64,000 bases of DNA from Prochlorococcus sp. AG-679-M23 (GCA_003208875.1 QCUR01000005.1:84434-148433), one strand, 5' to 3'; positions 1 through 11,629 are shown, counted from the stretch's first letter. Notes: generated from the letters alone by a model not told the origin. Numbers and translations: made by a program.

Positions 1-897
1 TAATTTCCTATCGAATTCCTCTTCAATATGTAATGGTCCAGCTTCACTTGTAGTTATAAAAGGTAAGGAAATTTTAGTTTTTTGTAGTCCTGACAATTCA
101 CATTTAGCCTTCTCAGCAGCTTCTGTAAGTCTTTGAAGAGCTTGCCTATCTCGTCTTAAATCAATCTTATGTTTCTCAAGAAATCGTTCAGCAATCCAAT
201 CTACTATTTTGGAATCAAAATTATTACCTCCAAGTTGAGTATCTCCACAGGTCGCTTTTACATCAAAAACACCATTAGATATCCTTAACAAAGAAACATC
301 AAAAGTCCCTCCACCTAAATCAAAAACTAGTACGTTATTGGAAGAGCTTTTTTCAAAACCATAGGCTAATGCCGCTGCTGTTGGTTCATTTAAAATTCTA
401 TCAACTTTTATCCCAGCTAACACGGCAGAATCCTTTGTAGCTTGCCTCTGAGACTCGTTAAAATAGGCAGGTACAGTAATTACGGCAGAATCAATCGTAT
501 CTCCTAAATAAGTTTCTGCATCATTAATTAATTTTCTTATTATCGAACTTATTAACTCTTCAGGGGCATACTCTCGCTCTGTAAATGGACTTAGAATTCT
601 AACACTACCTCTATCATTAGATTTAACATTATACGGAACAGAAATACTTGTTTCATCAAGTTCATCCCAATCTCGTCCGATGAATCTTTTTAAGTTATAA
701 AATGTATTTTTAGGATTTAAAACAAGTTGCCTTCGAGCCTGATCACCAATAACAATTTCGGAGTTTTTAGTGAATCCAACTATCGAAGGGGTTGTTCTTG
801 TACCCTCTGAATTTGCAATTACAACGGGGCGGCCAGCCTCTATAACTCCTACAACGGAGTTAGTAGTACCTAAATCAATCCCAACTATTTGCCCCAT
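1..897 (-). CDS. dnaK: Hsp70 chaperone DnaK, N-terminal part (runs off window start)
   Basis: Manual translation from ATG at 897: MGQIVGIDLGTTNS...RTTPS...EPTAAALAYG...DLGGGTFDVS; absent from ORF track. Confidence 0.97.
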   Translation of the reverse strand, partial: MGQIVGIDLGTTNSVVGVIEAGRPVVIANSEGTRTTPSIVGFTKNSEIVIGDQARRQLVLNPKNTFYNLKRFIGRDWDELDETSISVPYNVKSNDRGSVRILSPFTEREYAPEELISSIIRKLINDAETYLGDTIDSAVITVPAYFNESQRQATKDSAVLAGIKVDRILNEPTAAALAYGFEKSSSNNVLVFDLGGGTFDVSLLRISNGVFDVKATCGDTQLGGNNFDSKIVDWIAERFLEKHKIDLRRDRQALQRLTEAAEKAKCELSGLQKTKISLPFITTSEAGPLHIEEEFDRKL

Positions 898-1121
898 AGT
901 ATTACTTGATTAATTAAAAGTTATCCTTAACTAATAATTTAATCAATTTAAATTCTCTGTTATCTACATATAATAATAAAAATCTATTAATTTCAACTTT
1001 ATTTAAATAAATAAAATCATTTACTTATTTTTTTTACTTTTACAAATTACATAAAATTTATAAAGTATTGATTAGTTAAAATTCTGATTGTTATTTTATA
1101 TCTCTATCAATTAAAATAAAA

Positions 1122-1208
1122 CGGAGAGAGAGGGATTCGAACCCTCGATAAAGTTGCCCCTATACAGCATTTCCAGTGCTGCGCCTTCAACCACTCGGCC
1201 ACCTCTCC
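1122..1208 (-). tRNA. tRNA-Ser(GGA)
   Basis: Reverse complement GGAGAGGTGGCCGAGTGGTTGAAGGCGCAGCACTGGAAATGCTG...GGTTCGAATCC...CTCTCCG; long variable arm; no encoded CCA. Confidence 0.97.
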
Positions 1209-1257
1209 TAATATTTATATTTTACCCTTTTTATATACCATTATTGAGGAAAGTTAC

Positions 1258-1632
1258 TTGAAAAAGACTTTTAAAGTCACTATTAGGAATAAAGAAACTG
1301 GTAAAGTATATCAGGAAAATATTAGTGATAAAGAATATATTTTAAAAGAATTTGAAAAAAAAGGTTTAAGACTTCCATTTTCCTGCAGGAATGGATGCTG
1401 TACAAGTTGTGCGGTAAAAATCATTTCGGGTAAGCTTGAACAACCAGAAGCAATGGGAGTATCCCAAGATTTAAAAGATAAGGGTTATGCTCTTCTTTGT
1501 GTTGCGAAAGTAATAGAAGATATTGAAGTCGAGACTACCTATTATGATGAGGTTTATGATTTACAATTTGGCCAATATTTCGGTAAGGGGAAAACGAGGA
1601 AAGCTCCTCCCTGGGAATTTGAGGAAGATTAA
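1258..1632 (+). CDS. 2Fe-2S ferredoxin with C-terminal extension (Fed2/FdC2-like)
   Basis: CRNGCCTSC...ALLC ligands; DEVYDLQFG tail; TTG start. Confidence 0.88.
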   Translation: MKKTFKVTIRNKETGKVYQENISDKEYILKEFEKKGLRLPFSCRNGCCTSCAVKIISGKLEQPEAMGVSQDLKDKGYALLCVAKVIEDIEVETTYYDEVYDLQFGQYFGKGKTRKAPPWEFEED

Positions 1633-1637
1633 TTATT

Positions 1638-2486
1638 ATGTTTGAAATTCAAGAATTTAAAAAAATCAATTCAGAAATTGATTTAATTTTACTTACTAAC
1701 ATAGCTAAAGAGAGTGCTCTTATAGGTAATGAAATTCTAATTAAAAATTATAAAAAAATTCAAACAATCACTTCAAAAGGGAGAAAAGGTGATTTAGTTA
1801 CCAACGTAGATTTAGAAGTAGAAGAGAAAATCAAGGAGTACTTAACAAGTAAAACTCCCGAAATTTCTATTCATGCAGAAGAATCAGGAAAATTAATAAA
1901 GACTTCGGAATTAACTTGGTGCATTGATCCATTAGATGGAACAACTAACTATTCTCACGGTTATCCATTCTTTGGAACTTCAATAGGTCTCTTATATAAA
2001 AATAATCCTATCTTAGGTGCTATATCAGTACCATATTTAAACGAACTTTATTCTGCATGCATAGGGAAAGGTTCATATTGCAATGATAAAAAACTGATGG
2101 TATCAGATGCTAATTCTCTTATCGATAGTCTCCTCGTAACAGGTTTTTCATATGATAGGTTTGATACTGAAGATAATAATTATGCAGAATTTTGTTACTT
2201 AACACATAAAACTAGAGGAGTAAGGAGAGGAGGTGCAGCGGCTGTTGATTTAGCATTTGTTGCCTCAGGGAAAATAGATGGATATTGGGAAAGAGGTCTA
2301 GAAATATGGGATTTAGCTGCTGGTGCTATTATTGTTAAAGAAGCTGGTGGTTCCGTTTCTGATTACCCTAACGGTGAATTTAATCTTAGCTCTGGAAGAA
2401 TATTGGCTTGCAGTCCTAGACTTGAAGAAGAGCTAAAAACGGAATTAAGCAAAGTAACTCCTCTAAATAAACAACTTTACACTTAA
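1638..2486 (+). CDS. suhB: Inositol monophosphatase family protein
   Basis: WCIDPLDGTTNY and WDLAAG motifs. Confidence 0.9.
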   Translation: MFEIQEFKKINSEIDLILLTNIAKESALIGNEILIKNYKKIQTITSKGRKGDLVTNVDLEVEEKIKEYLTSKTPEISIHAEESGKLIKTSELTWCIDPLDGTTNYSHGYPFFGTSIGLLYKNNPILGAISVPYLNELYSACIGKGSYCNDKKLMVSDANSLIDSLLVTGFSYDRFDTEDNNYAEFCYLTHKTRGVRRGGAAAVDLAFVASGKIDGYWERGLEIWDLAAGAIIVKEAGGSVSDYPNGEFNLSSGRILACSPRLEEELKTELSKVTPLNKQLYT

Positions 2487-2507
2487 AAATGAAATTATCG
2501 TTTTAAA

Positions 2508-3659
2508 ATGAGTGATATTAAAGAATTTAATTTAATAGATGTAAGGAATAACTCCTCAATTGTTAATGATTTAAATGATGTATATAAGTTGTGGGGTTAT
2601 GAAGAAATTTCACCTTCATTTATTAATGATCTTGAGACAATCAAAGGTAGAGAAGTAATTGATGGGGACGAACTTATTGGAATAGTAAGTAATAGTTCAT
2701 TATGTTTAAGACCAGAAATGACTACATCAATTGTTAAATTAACATCCACAAGATTATTAAATAAGAAGAGACCAATAAGACTTTTTAATAGTGGTATTGT
2801 ATTTAATAAAAAGCAAAGTTATAAAAATACTTTTAAATTTCAAGAAAATTTACAAAGCGGTATAGAACTAATCAGTTATGACACTCAATACCCTGAGATA
2901 GAGGTGATTAATATATTATTTGATGCAATTGATAATATTAATTTAATTGAAAGTTGTAATCTAATTCTTCTTGTTAGTACAACAAAAATAATGGATTTAA
3001 TATTATTCAATTATAAAAATAATAATTATGAGGAGATTAAAAAATGCATGGTAAATTTAGATCAAGAATCATTAGATAAATTAAATATTGACAACAATGA
3101 TAAAGCAATACTGAAGGAATTATTATTTACAAGAGGGGAACCTGCAATCATACTCAAAAAGCTTAAAAATGTTTATGGTAATAATAATGTTATTGAGGAA
3201 CTTGACTGTTTATTTAATACTTTATCAAAAATTTCAAAAAAATATAATATAAAAATACAACTTGATCCTACTTATCAACCTCATCTTAATTTATATGCAG
3301 GTATAGTTTTTCAACTTATTTGCGATAATAAAAATGTTAAAACCATAATTGCAAAAGGTGGTAGATATGACGAATTAGTAAGATATTTTAATCCTAATGA
3401 AAAAATAATTAATGGAATTGGATTCACAATCTCTATAGATAATTTAAGAGAATTGATAGTTGAAAAATCTCAAACTAAAAAGAAAGTGTTGCTGTTATTT
3501 AAAGATTCTTATTTATTAGATAAAGGTATAAATGAGCAAAAAGCATTGCAAAAAAAAGGGATAATTACAATATTATATTTGAATCCATGTAATGAAAATT
3601 CAAAAGCCAACATTCTTATGAAAGAACATAATTGTACTGAAATTCAATGGATTAAATAA
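2508..3659 (+). CDS. hisZ: ATP phosphoribosyltransferase regulatory subunit
   Basis: LRPEMTTSI, QSGIEL, GGRYD and GIGF motifs of the HisRS-like HisZ family. Confidence 0.88.
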   Translation: MSDIKEFNLIDVRNNSSIVNDLNDVYKLWGYEEISPSFINDLETIKGREVIDGDELIGIVSNSSLCLRPEMTTSIVKLTSTRLLNKKRPIRLFNSGIVFNKKQSYKNTFKFQENLQSGIELISYDTQYPEIEVINILFDAIDNINLIESCNLILLVSTTKIMDLILFNYKNNNYEEIKKCMVNLDQESLDKLNIDNNDKAILKELLFTRGEPAIILKKLKNVYGNNNVIEELDCLFNTLSKISKKYNIKIQLDPTYQPHLNLYAGIVFQLICDNKNVKTIIAKGGRYDELVRYFNPNEKIINGIGFTISIDNLRELIVEKSQTKKKVLLLFKDSYLLDKGINEQKALQKKGIITILYLNPCNENSKANILMKEHNCTEIQWIK

Positions 3660-3805
3660 TTTTTCCCTTTGAGATTAATAAAAAAAAATGCAATTTGAAT
3701 AAGCTACGACAATATAAATATATAGTACGGACAATACTCCTAATTAAACTTGATTACCCTTAAAATAGGAAATAAAATCTAATAGTTCAAAAAAAAGAAA
3801 TTAAA

Positions 3806-5710
3806 ATGGAAAAAGGCGAAATTAGAATAAATACCGAAAATATTTTTCCAATAATAAAAAAAGCTGTATATTCTGATCACGAAATTTTTTTAAGAGAACT
3901 CGTTAGTAATGCTGTAGATGCAATTAGTAAAAGAAGAATGGCCTCAATGGCTGGAGATTGTGAAAATTGTGATGAACCTCAAGTAAAAATTACTATTGAT
4001 AGGGAAAAAAATATCTTAAAAATTTCTGATAATGGTATTGGAATGAATGATGAAGAAATAAAAAAATATATAAACCAAGTTGCTTTTTCTAGTGCTGAAG
4101 AGTTTCTAACTAAATATAAAAAAGATAATGACGAATTTATAGGACATTTTGGATTGGGTTTTTATTCTAGTTTTATGGTCGCAGATAAAGTCAATATTTT
4201 AACTAAATCAGCCATAGGTAATAGTAAAACTTTTAATTGGTCATGTGATGGCTCACCTAACTTCACATTAGAAGAATCTGAAAGAGATTCAGTCGGAACA
4301 GATGTAATCCTTCATTTAATGGATGAAGAAAAAGAATTTATAGAACCAGAGAGAATTAAATCGCTTATTAAAAAATATTGTGACTTTATGCCTATAGATG
4401 TTCTATTAGAGGGTGAAACAATTAATAAGAAAAATCCTCCATGGAGAAAACAACCTAGTGAACTAAAGGATGAAGATTATATTGAACTATATAAATATTT
4501 ATATCCTTTTCAAGGAGATCCTCTTTTATGGATTCATTTAAACACAGATTATCCATACGACATTCAAGGTATTTTGTATTTTCCTAAATTATCTGGAAGA
4601 GCCGATTGGGAAAAAGGCGAAATAAAACTATTTTGCAACCAAGTATTTGTAAGTGACTCAATAAAGGAAATTGTACCTAAATATCTATTACCCTTGAGAG
4701 GTGTAATTGACTCTACAGATATACCATTAAATGTAAGTAGAAGTGCATTGCAAACTGATAGAAAAGTCAGATCAATTTCATCATTCATTTCCAAAAAAAT
4801 TGCTAATAAGTTAAAAGATTTATTAAAAAATACTCCTGAATTTTATACAGAGATTTGGGATTCAATATCTGCCTTTATTAAGATTGGTGCTATCGAAGAC
4901 GAAAAGTTTGCTGAACTTGTAGAAAATAGTATTATTTTTGAAACAATTATAAATTCTGATAAGGACGTAAAAAAATATCTCGACGATAAATCTCTTATAA
5001 AATCTAAAGAAAAGTTTTACACAACATTATCAAATTATAAGGAGAGAAATAACATAGTCGATTCCAAAAAAATTATTTATTGTTCTGATGTAATTGGTCA
5101 ATCTAGTGCTTTAAATATTTGTTTATCTGACAACAAAGAAGTAATCAAATCTGATCCTTTAATAGATGCACAATTTCTTCCATGGATAGAAAGTAAAAAT
5201 GAAAATTATCAATTTCAAAGAGTTGATTCTGAAATAAATGAGCTTGAAGATAAAGAATCAAAAGAAATAGTTGATAAAGATGGCAAATCAAACACAGATA
5301 ATCTAAAGGATATTATTTCTAAAGCTTTAAATAACGATAAAGTAACAGTAAAAGTTCAATCTCTTAAAAGTAAAGATGCTCCTCCAGCAATGATATTGTT
5401 ACCTGAACAAATGAGAAGAATAAACGATATGGGGGCATATATGGAACAAAAAATGCCTGGTTTACCTGAATATCATGTCCTATTAATAAATAAAGAACAT
5501 CCACTCATTGCAGGATTAAATAAAATAACTGGTAATAAAATTATTCTTGATAAAAACGACCCAGTTGAAAATCCATTAGCATCAAAAATTGCTAATCATG
5601 TTTATGACATGGCGAAATTAAGTGTAGGAGGATTAGATCAAGAACAAATTATAAATTTGCAAAATAATAATGCCGATTTAATTTCAGATTTACTTAAAAC
5701 ATCAACATAA
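3806..5710 (+). CDS. htpG: Hsp90 chaperone HtpG
   Basis: FLRELVSNA, DNGIGM, IGHFGLGFYS, PLNVSRS. Confidence 0.97.
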   Translation: MEKGEIRINTENIFPIIKKAVYSDHEIFLRELVSNAVDAISKRRMASMAGDCENCDEPQVKITIDREKNILKISDNGIGMNDEEIKKYINQVAFSSAEEFLTKYKKDNDEFIGHFGLGFYSSFMVADKVNILTKSAIGNSKTFNWSCDGSPNFTLEESERDSVGTDVILHLMDEEKEFIEPERIKSLIKKYCDFMPIDVLLEGETINKKNPPWRKQPSELKDEDYIELYKYLYPFQGDPLLWIHLNTDYPYDIQGILYFPKLSGRADWEKGEIKLFCNQVFVSDSIKEIVPKYLLPLRGVIDSTDIPLNVSRSALQTDRKVRSISSFISKKIANKLKDLLKNTPEFYTEIWDSISAFIKIGAIEDEKFAELVENSIIFETIINSDKDVKKYLDDKSLIKSKEKFYTTLSNYKERNNIVDSKKIIYCSDVIGQSSALNICLSDNKEVIKSDPLIDAQFLPWIESKNENYQFQRVDSEINELEDKESKEIVDKDGKSNTDNLKDIISKALNNDKVTVKVQSLKSKDAPPAMILLPEQMRRINDMGAYMEQKMPGLPEYHVLLINKEHPLIAGLNKITGNKIILDKNDPVENPLASKIANHVYDMAKLSVGGLDQEQIINLQNNNADLISDLLKTST

Positions 5711-5749
5711 GTAGTGTGTTAGAGTTGATGCATATATTCACTAAATGAT

Positions 5750-5986
5750 ATGTCTAGGGTTTGTGAGCTGACAGGCGCAAAAGCTAATAATGGAATGGCT
5801 GTTAGTCATTCGCATATACGTACTAAGAAATTACAACAAGTAAATCTTCAAAAAAGGAGGCTTTGGTGGCAAGAAGGTAAAAAGTGGGTAAACATAAAAA
5901 TTAGTACTAAGGCATTAAAATCAATACAAAAGGTTGGTTTAGATAAGGTTGCCAAAACAAATGGAGTGGATCTAAATAAGTTCTGA
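5750..5986 (+). CDS. rpmB: 50S ribosomal protein L28
   Basis: MSRVCELTG...[10 protein letters not shown]. Confidence 0.97.
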
Positions 5987-5988
5987 TT

Positions 5989-6525
5989 TTGATGAAGAGT
6001 TTATTTGGCCTTTTTGTAATATTAATATCATTATTATTTAATCTTAAATCTGCAATTGCTTTTGATTATGCTCCCGAGATAGGAGATTTAGCTCCTAGTT
6101 TCAATTTAGAGGGAATAAACAAAAGTATTAAATCGAAAAAAATATGGGATTCGAATGAATTAAAAGGTAAATGGATAGTTTTGTATTTTTATCCTAAGGA
6201 CTTTACTGCTGGTTGTACTCTAGAAGCAAAAGGATTTTCTCAATTAAAAAAAGACTTTTCTAAATATAATGCTGAAATAATTGGAATAAGTGCGGACAAT
6301 CAAGATTCTCACGACAGTTTTTGCAGTGAAAAATCAATAAATTACACATTATTATCTGACCCCAATGGAACTATTAGTGCAAAATATGGTTCCTGGATCC
6401 CTCCTTATTCCGATAGAAATACTTTTTTGATATCACCAGAAGGAGCAATAGCATACCGATGGATAAGTGTATTACCCATAAATCATGCTAAAGAAGTTCT
6501 TAATGTTTTAAAGAAAAATATATAG
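5989..6525 (+). CDS. Peroxiredoxin (BCP/PrxQ) with predicted signal peptide
   Basis: YFYPKDFTAGCTLEA; hydrophobic N-terminus. Confidence 0.9.
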   Translation: MMKSLFGLFVILISLLFNLKSAIAFDYAPEIGDLAPSFNLEGINKSIKSKKIWDSNELKGKWIVLYFYPKDFTAGCTLEAKGFSQLKKDFSKYNAEIIGISADNQDSHDSFCSEKSINYTLLSDPNGTISAKYGSWIPPYSDRNTFLISPEGAIAYRWISVLPINHAKEVLNVLKKNI

Positions 6526-6530
6526 ATACT

Positions 6531-6833
6531 TTGCACGAACTTTCATTTAGTACATGGTTAATTCATATCAGCTCAGTAATAGAGTGGATTTATGCAATTT
6601 TTATAATAAACAAAATAAGTAACTTTAAAAAACTAGAGCTTTATTACTGGTTAAGTCTCGCAATGATACCTAATTTAATTGGAGCCATGTGTGCAATTAC
6701 TTGGCATATTTTTGATAATCAACCAGAATTATATGGGTTAGTTACACTTCAAGGGATTTTCACTTTTCTAGGGAACTCAACATTAGCAATAGCAACTATT
6801 GCAATTTATAAGAGAAAAGTGTCCTATGAATGA
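6531..6833 (+). CDS. Ycf49/DUF2499 membrane protein
   Basis: MHELSFSTWLIHISSVIEW...AMCAITWH. Confidence 0.8.
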   Translation: MHELSFSTWLIHISSVIEWIYAIFIINKISNFKKLELYYWLSLAMIPNLIGAMCAITWHIFDNQPELYGLVTLQGIFTFLGNSTLAIATIAIYKRKVSYE

Positions 6834-7161
6834 TTTTTTTTTAAGATTTCTAAATTTCTTATCAAGATTTGATAATACAGCCTTATTTGCAGCATCTATA
6901 ATTCCATATTCGATTTTCTTATATTATTTGTACAAGATGAAGTCATTAAATAAATTAATCAAAATTGGGTTTTCTTTGACTGTATTATTTGTATTTATAA
7001 CAATAGTAATTTCAATATTTTCTCTTAGTTACTATCACAGAAATCTTGTAGAAGTTGACTTTCTTCATGGATCAGCAGAATTTTTCTTAACCTTAAGCGA
7101 TTTTGTTATTTTACTTGGCTTTATAAAAATGTTAAATCGTCTAGAAGTAAATAACTCTTAA
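6826..7161 (+). CDS. DUF3593-like membrane protein
   Basis: LFAASIIPY...VDFLHGSAEFFLT; ATG at 6826 preferred over TTG at 6799. Confidence 0.75.
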   Translation: MNDFFLRFLNFLSRFDNTALFAASIIPYSIFLYYLYKMKSLNKLIKIGFSLTVLFVFITIVISIFSLSYYHRNLVEVDFLHGSAEFFLTLSDFVILLGFIKMLNRLEVNNS

Positions 7162-7226
7162 GACCTTTTACAATTATGTGATTTATTGCTCGAAATAAAG
7201 GAGAATATAAAAAATAACGTTTTTTT

Positions 7227-7490
7227 ATGCTTACTACATTATTTGCAGCAGCGGCTGCTCCCGCAACATTTGAATGGTCACCAAAATGCGCCATTGTAAT
7301 GATTGTATGTAATGTTTTTGCTTATGCAATTGCAAGAGCCACAATAAGAAAACCTAATGAAGGTTTTGAAATTCCTAATTCACAATTCTTTGGTGGTTTA
7401 AGTCATGCTTCTGTCGTAGGAGCTAATTGCTTAGGACATATCTTCGGAATAGGTGCAATTCTAGGATTAGCATCTAGAGGTGTTTTGTAA
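7227..7490 (+). CDS. psaK: Photosystem I subunit PsaK
   Basis: WSPKCAIVMIVCN...GHIFGIGAILGL. Confidence 0.93.
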   Translation: MLTTLFAAAAAPATFEWSPKCAIVMIVCNVFAYAIARATIRKPNEGFEIPNSQFFGGLSHASVVGANCLGHIFGIGAILGLASRGVL

Positions 7491-7515
7491 AATTATTTCA
7501 CAGTAATTTTAGAAT

Positions 7516-9405
7516 TTAATTTGATAAATTAAATTTGTTAATAATTTTTTCTGCCATCTGATCAGGTTTAAGTCCTAATTTTTCTTTACTCTGGTCAGGT
7601 GATGCATGATCTACAAGTACATCAGGAATACCAATTCTTAAAACTGGTACATTTATTTCATTGTCGTTTAACATTTCAACAATAGCCGAGCCAAAACCCC
7701 CAACTAATGTACCTTCTTCCATTGTTACTACCTTTTTAATTTTATTTACTAGCGGTATTATTAAATCTTGATCAAGAGGTCTAACAAATCTTGCATTAAC
7801 AATACAAGCACTAATACCTCTGTTCTTTAGTAAGTTTGCAGTTTCAGTAGCGGCTTGAACCATTGAACCATAAGCAATAATTAAAACATCATCACCATCT
7901 TCTAATATTTCACCTTCACCAATCTTCAATGGCTCCCATCCCTCATCCATTACTGCCACACCTAATCCTGAACCTCTTGGAATGCGAAGTGCTGTTGGTC
8001 CCTTGTGATTAATAGATGTAATTAACATTCTTTGTAGTTCAGCTTCATCTTTAGGAGCCATTAAAACAAAATTAGGAATCGCTCTCATATAGCTAATATC
8101 ATATTGCCCCTGATGAGTTGGACCATCGGCACCAACAATTCCTGCTCTATCTAAAACAAAAGATACAGGTAGATTCTGAATACCTACATCATGTATTAGC
8201 TGATCAAAAGCGCGCTGCAAAAATGTACTGTAAATAGCAACAACAGGTTTAAGACCATCACAAGACATTCCAGCTGCTAATGTAACTGCATGTTGTTCAG
8301 CTATTCCTACATCAATATATTGTTCTGGAATATTTTTTTGTAATAAATCTAGTCCAGTTCCAGTAGCCATTGCTGCTGTAATGCCTATAACTTTACTATC
8401 TTGCTCGCAAATTTTTAAAAGCGTTTGACCAAATATTTTACTATAACTAACTGGTTTGGGCTTACTTGAAGGAATTGATTTACCAGTCGTAAGATCAAAA
8501 GATGATTGGGCGTGATAACCCACTTGATCTGCTTCTGCATATGGATATCCCTTGCCTTTAGTTGTAACAACATGAACCATAACAGGTTTTTTAAGTCTAT
8601 GCGCAGCATTGAATGTATTTATAAGATTAGAAATATCATGTCCATCAATTGGTCCCATATAGGTAAAACCAAGCTCTTCAAAAACTGCTCCTACCTTTGG
8701 TACAGCTAAACGTCTAACACTTCCTTTTATATTTTTTAAATCTTCAGGTATATCTCTACCTATGAGAGGAATATTTTTTACACTTTCTTGAACACTATCT
8801 GATAAAAATTGTAATGGTGGACTTAATCGCACTCTATTTAAATATGTTGAAAGAGCTCCAACAGGTGGCGATATTGACATGTCATTATCATTCAGAACAA
8901 CAACTAAGGGAGTATGTGGTAAATGTCCCGCATGATTTATCGCTTCTAAAGCCATTCCACCCGTTAATGCTCCATCACCTATAACTGCAACGCATTTATA
9001 ATCCTCCCCTTTTCTATCTCTGGCAATTGCCATTCCCAGCGCAGCTGATATTGATGTACTTGCGTGACCTGCTCCAAAATGATCAAATATACTTTCAGTA
9101 CGTTTTAGATAACCAGCTATGCCCTTTTGTTGACGTAAAGAATCAAACTCATTGAAACGTCCAGTAATTAACTTATGAGGATAAGCCTGATGACCAACGT
9201 CCCATACAACCTTATCAAAATCAAGATCTAATGTTTGATATAAAGCAAGTGTTAATTCAACTACCCCTAGTCCAGGACCTAGATGACCTCCACTTGTTGA
9301 AACTACCTCCAAATGTCTCTCTCTAATCTGACAAGCAATTTCCTCTAATTGTGATACCGTTAAACCATGTAATTGATTTGGATGGCTTAACTCACTTAAA
9401 AGCAT
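7516..9405 (-). CDS. dxs: 1-deoxy-D-xylulose-5-phosphate synthase
   Basis: [32 protein letters not shown]. Confidence 0.98.
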   Translation of the reverse strand: MLLSELSHPNQLHGLTVSQLEEIACQIRERHLEVVSTSGGHLGPGLGVVELTLALYQTLDLDFDKVVWDVGHQAYPHKLITGRFNEFDSLRQQKGIAGYLKRTESIFDHFGAGHASTSISAALGMAIARDRKGEDYKCVAVIGDGALTGGMALEAINHAGHLPHTPLVVVLNDNDMSISPPVGALSTYLNRVRLSPPLQFLSDSVQESVKNIPLIGRDIPEDLKNIKGSVRRLAVPKVGAVFEELGFTYMGPIDGHDISNLINTFNAAHRLKKPVMVHVVTTKGKGYPYAEADQVGYHAQSSFDLTTGKSIPSSKPKPVSYSKIFGQTLLKICEQDSKVIGITAAMATGTGLDLLQKNIPEQYIDVGIAEQHAVTLAAGMSCDGLKPVVAIYSTFLQRAFDQLIHDVGIQNLPVSFVLDRAGIVGADGPTHQGQYDISYMRAIPNFVLMAPKDEAELQRMLITSINHKGPTALRIPRGSGLGVAVMDEGWEPLKIGEGEILEDGDDVLIIAYGSMVQAATETANLLKNRGISACIVNARFVRPLDQDLIIPLVNKIKKVVTMEEGTLVGGFGSAIVEMLNDNEINVPVLRIGIPDVLVDHASPDQSKEKLGLKPDQMAEKIINKFNLSN

Positions 9406-9521
9406 TATTTAAAAATATTTACTTATCTAATCTAAAACGTTAAGGTGCAAATTGAGTAATTTTTTTGAAATAGATTATGTAATGTTTTATTAGATTAATA
9501 TTTAATGCTAAAAATATAAAT

Positions 9522-11063
9522 ATGGAAGATTATTTAAAAAAAATACTTCAGGCTAAAGTCTATGAAGTAGCTAAAAAAACACCTTTAGATAAAGCAAATA
9601 ATTTAAGTAAAGCACTTAAAAATAATATTTATTTGAAAAGAGAAGATCTTCAAGATGTATTTTCTTTTAAGATAAGAGGTGCCTTTAATAAAATGAGGCA
9701 AATTCCACAATCACAACTAACTAATGGAGTTATAACGTCAAGTGCTGGTAATCACGCTCAGGGGGTCGCACTAAGTGCATTGAAATTAAATTGTAACGCA
9801 ACTATATTAATGCCAATAACTACACCATTAGTAAAAGTAAATGCTGTAAGAAATCTAAAAGCAACTGTTATATTATTTGGTGATAATTATGATGAAACCT
9901 ATAAAGAGGCAATACGCCTTAGTGAAGAAAATAATTTATGTTTTATTCATCCATTCGATGATCCTGACGTAATAGCTGGCCAAGGGACAATCGCCATTGA
10001 ACTAGAAAAACAAGTAAATGAACCACCTGAAGCAATATATGTTGCGGTTGGAGGAGGAGGTTTAATAGCTGGTATTTCTATATACATAAAAAAAATTTGG
10101 CCGCAAGTAAAAATAATTGGTGTAGAGCCTGAAGATGCTGATGCGATGACTAAATCCCTAAAAAATTCAAAATTAATAGAACTAGCATCAGTTGGTCAGT
10201 TTGCTGATGGCGTAGCAGTAAAAAAAGTTGGAGAAAAAACCTTTGAAATCGGAAGAAAATATATCGACAAAATGATAACTGTAAATACTGATGAAATATG
10301 TGCCGCTATTAAGGATGTTTTTGAAGATACCAGATCAATCCTAGAACCAGCTGGAGCTCTATCTATTGCAGGAATGAAAAAGGATATTTACGAATCAAAA
10401 TATGCAAATAAAAATATGATTGCCATCGCATGTGGGGCAAATATGAATTTCGAAAGACTACGATTTGTAGCAGAAAGATCTGCACTTGGAGAGTACAAAG
10501 AAGCAATGTTTGCTGTTGAAATACCAGAAAAAGCAGGTAGCTTAATTAATTTCTGTAGTTTGCTAAATAATAGAAATTTAACGGAATTTAGCTATAGGAT
10601 GTCTAATTCAGTTAATGCTCAAATATTTGTAGGGATCGAGGTTAATGGAGTAATTGATAAAGAAGAACTTTTACAAGAATTCAGGAAATCAAATTATCCT
10701 TTTATAGATATAAGTAATGATGAATTATCTAAAAATCATCTAAGACATATGGTAGGTGGTCGTTTGCCTCAAAAATTTACTGAATTAGAAAAATTAAAAT
10801 ATGTCGAATTGCTGTATAGATTTGAGTTTCCAGAAAGACCAGGAGCTTTAATAAATTTTCTAAAAAATATGAAATCAAATTGGACAATAAGCATCTTTCA
10901 CTATAGAAATCATGGTTCTGATGTAGGAAAAATTGTTATAGGAGTATTAATAGATAATGCTGAAATTAATGACTGGAATAAATTTGTTGCATTCTTAGGA
11001 TATAAATACTGGGATGAAACTAATAATCAAACATATAAATTATTCCTTGGTGCATCTGATTAA
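9522..11063 (+). CDS. ilvA: Threonine ammonia-lyase, biosynthetic
   Basis: SFKIRGA, SAGNHAQG, FEFPERPGAL. Confidence 0.97.
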   Translation: MEDYLKKILQAKVYEVAKKTPLDKANNLSKALKNNIYLKREDLQDVFSFKIRGAFNKMRQIPQSQLTNGVITSSAGNHAQGVALSALKLNCNATILMPITTPLVKVNAVRNLKATVILFGDNYDETYKEAIRLSEENNLCFIHPFDDPDVIAGQGTIAIELEKQVNEPPEAIYVAVGGGGLIAGISIYIKKIWPQVKIIGVEPEDADAMTKSLKNSKLIELASVGQFADGVAVKKVGEKTFEIGRKYIDKMITVNTDEICAAIKDVFEDTRSILEPAGALSIAGMKKDIYESKYANKNMIAIACGANMNFERLRFVAERSALGEYKEAMFAVEIPEKAGSLINFCSLLNNRNLTEFSYRMSNSVNAQIFVGIEVNGVIDKEELLQEFRKSNYPFIDISNDELSKNHLRHMVGGRLPQKFTELEKLKYVELLYRFEFPERPGALINFLKNMKSNWTISIFHYRNHGSDVGKIVIGVLIDNAEINDWNKFVAFLGYKYWDETNNQTYKLFLGASD

Positions 11064-11146
11064 AAATAAGGTAACTTGGAAAAGAGTTAGGTAATAAAAA
11101 AATTAATCAAGCTGATCTAATTACTAAAAAATTAACCGATATAAGT

Positions 11147-11629
11147 TTGGTTACAAGAGTTGAGGCTGTTCTGTATCTTAAAGGTAGACCAATATCAAAA
11201 AAGAATCTTTCAGAAATTACTAATGCGGATATTAAATCTATTGACAAGGCATTAAGAGAATTAAAGGAAAAATACTCAAACACAAAATCTGCTATAGAAT
11301 TAAATGAAATTAATAGTTGTTATTGCCTAGAGTTAAAATCAATTCTAAATGAATTTGTAGAGGATTTATTACCATCTGAATTAAGAACATCAGAATTAAG
11401 GACACTTGCAACAATTGCAATTAAGAAAAAAATATTGCAATCAGATCTTATAGTTTTAAGAGGGTCAGGAGCCTACGACCATATAAAAGAATTAACAAAT
11501 AAAAATTTTATTATTAAACGTAAGCAAAAAGATGGGAGATCTTATTGGCTATCATTATCTGAAAAATTTTTTCAAACTTTTGCTGTAAGCAATGAATATT
11601 TATCGCAAATAGGCGGCAATAAAAAGTAA
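11147..11629 (+). CDS. scpB: SMC-Scp complex subunit ScpB (start uncertain)
   Basis: VEAVLY...LRTLATIA...LRGSGAYDHIKEL. Confidence 0.88.
   Translation: MVTRVEAVLYLKGRPISKKNLSEITNADIKSIDKALRELKEKYSNTKSAIELNEINSCYCLELKSILNEFVEDLLPSELRTSELRTLATIAIKKKILQSDLIVLRGSGAYDHIKELTNKNFIIKRKQKDGRSYWLSLSEKFFQTFAVSNEYLSQIGGNKK

Noticed and set aside
898..1121. AT-rich gap at the tRNA-Ser 3' end as an island remnant or ncRNA
   Set aside because: No att repeat, convincing ORF or stable structure seen; consistent with the dnaK promoter region
11072..11146. Possible frameshifted 5' extension of scpB at an A7 run
   Set aside because: Frame is open back to 11075 without a canonical start; cannot be distinguished from a normal TTG start without orthologue alignment
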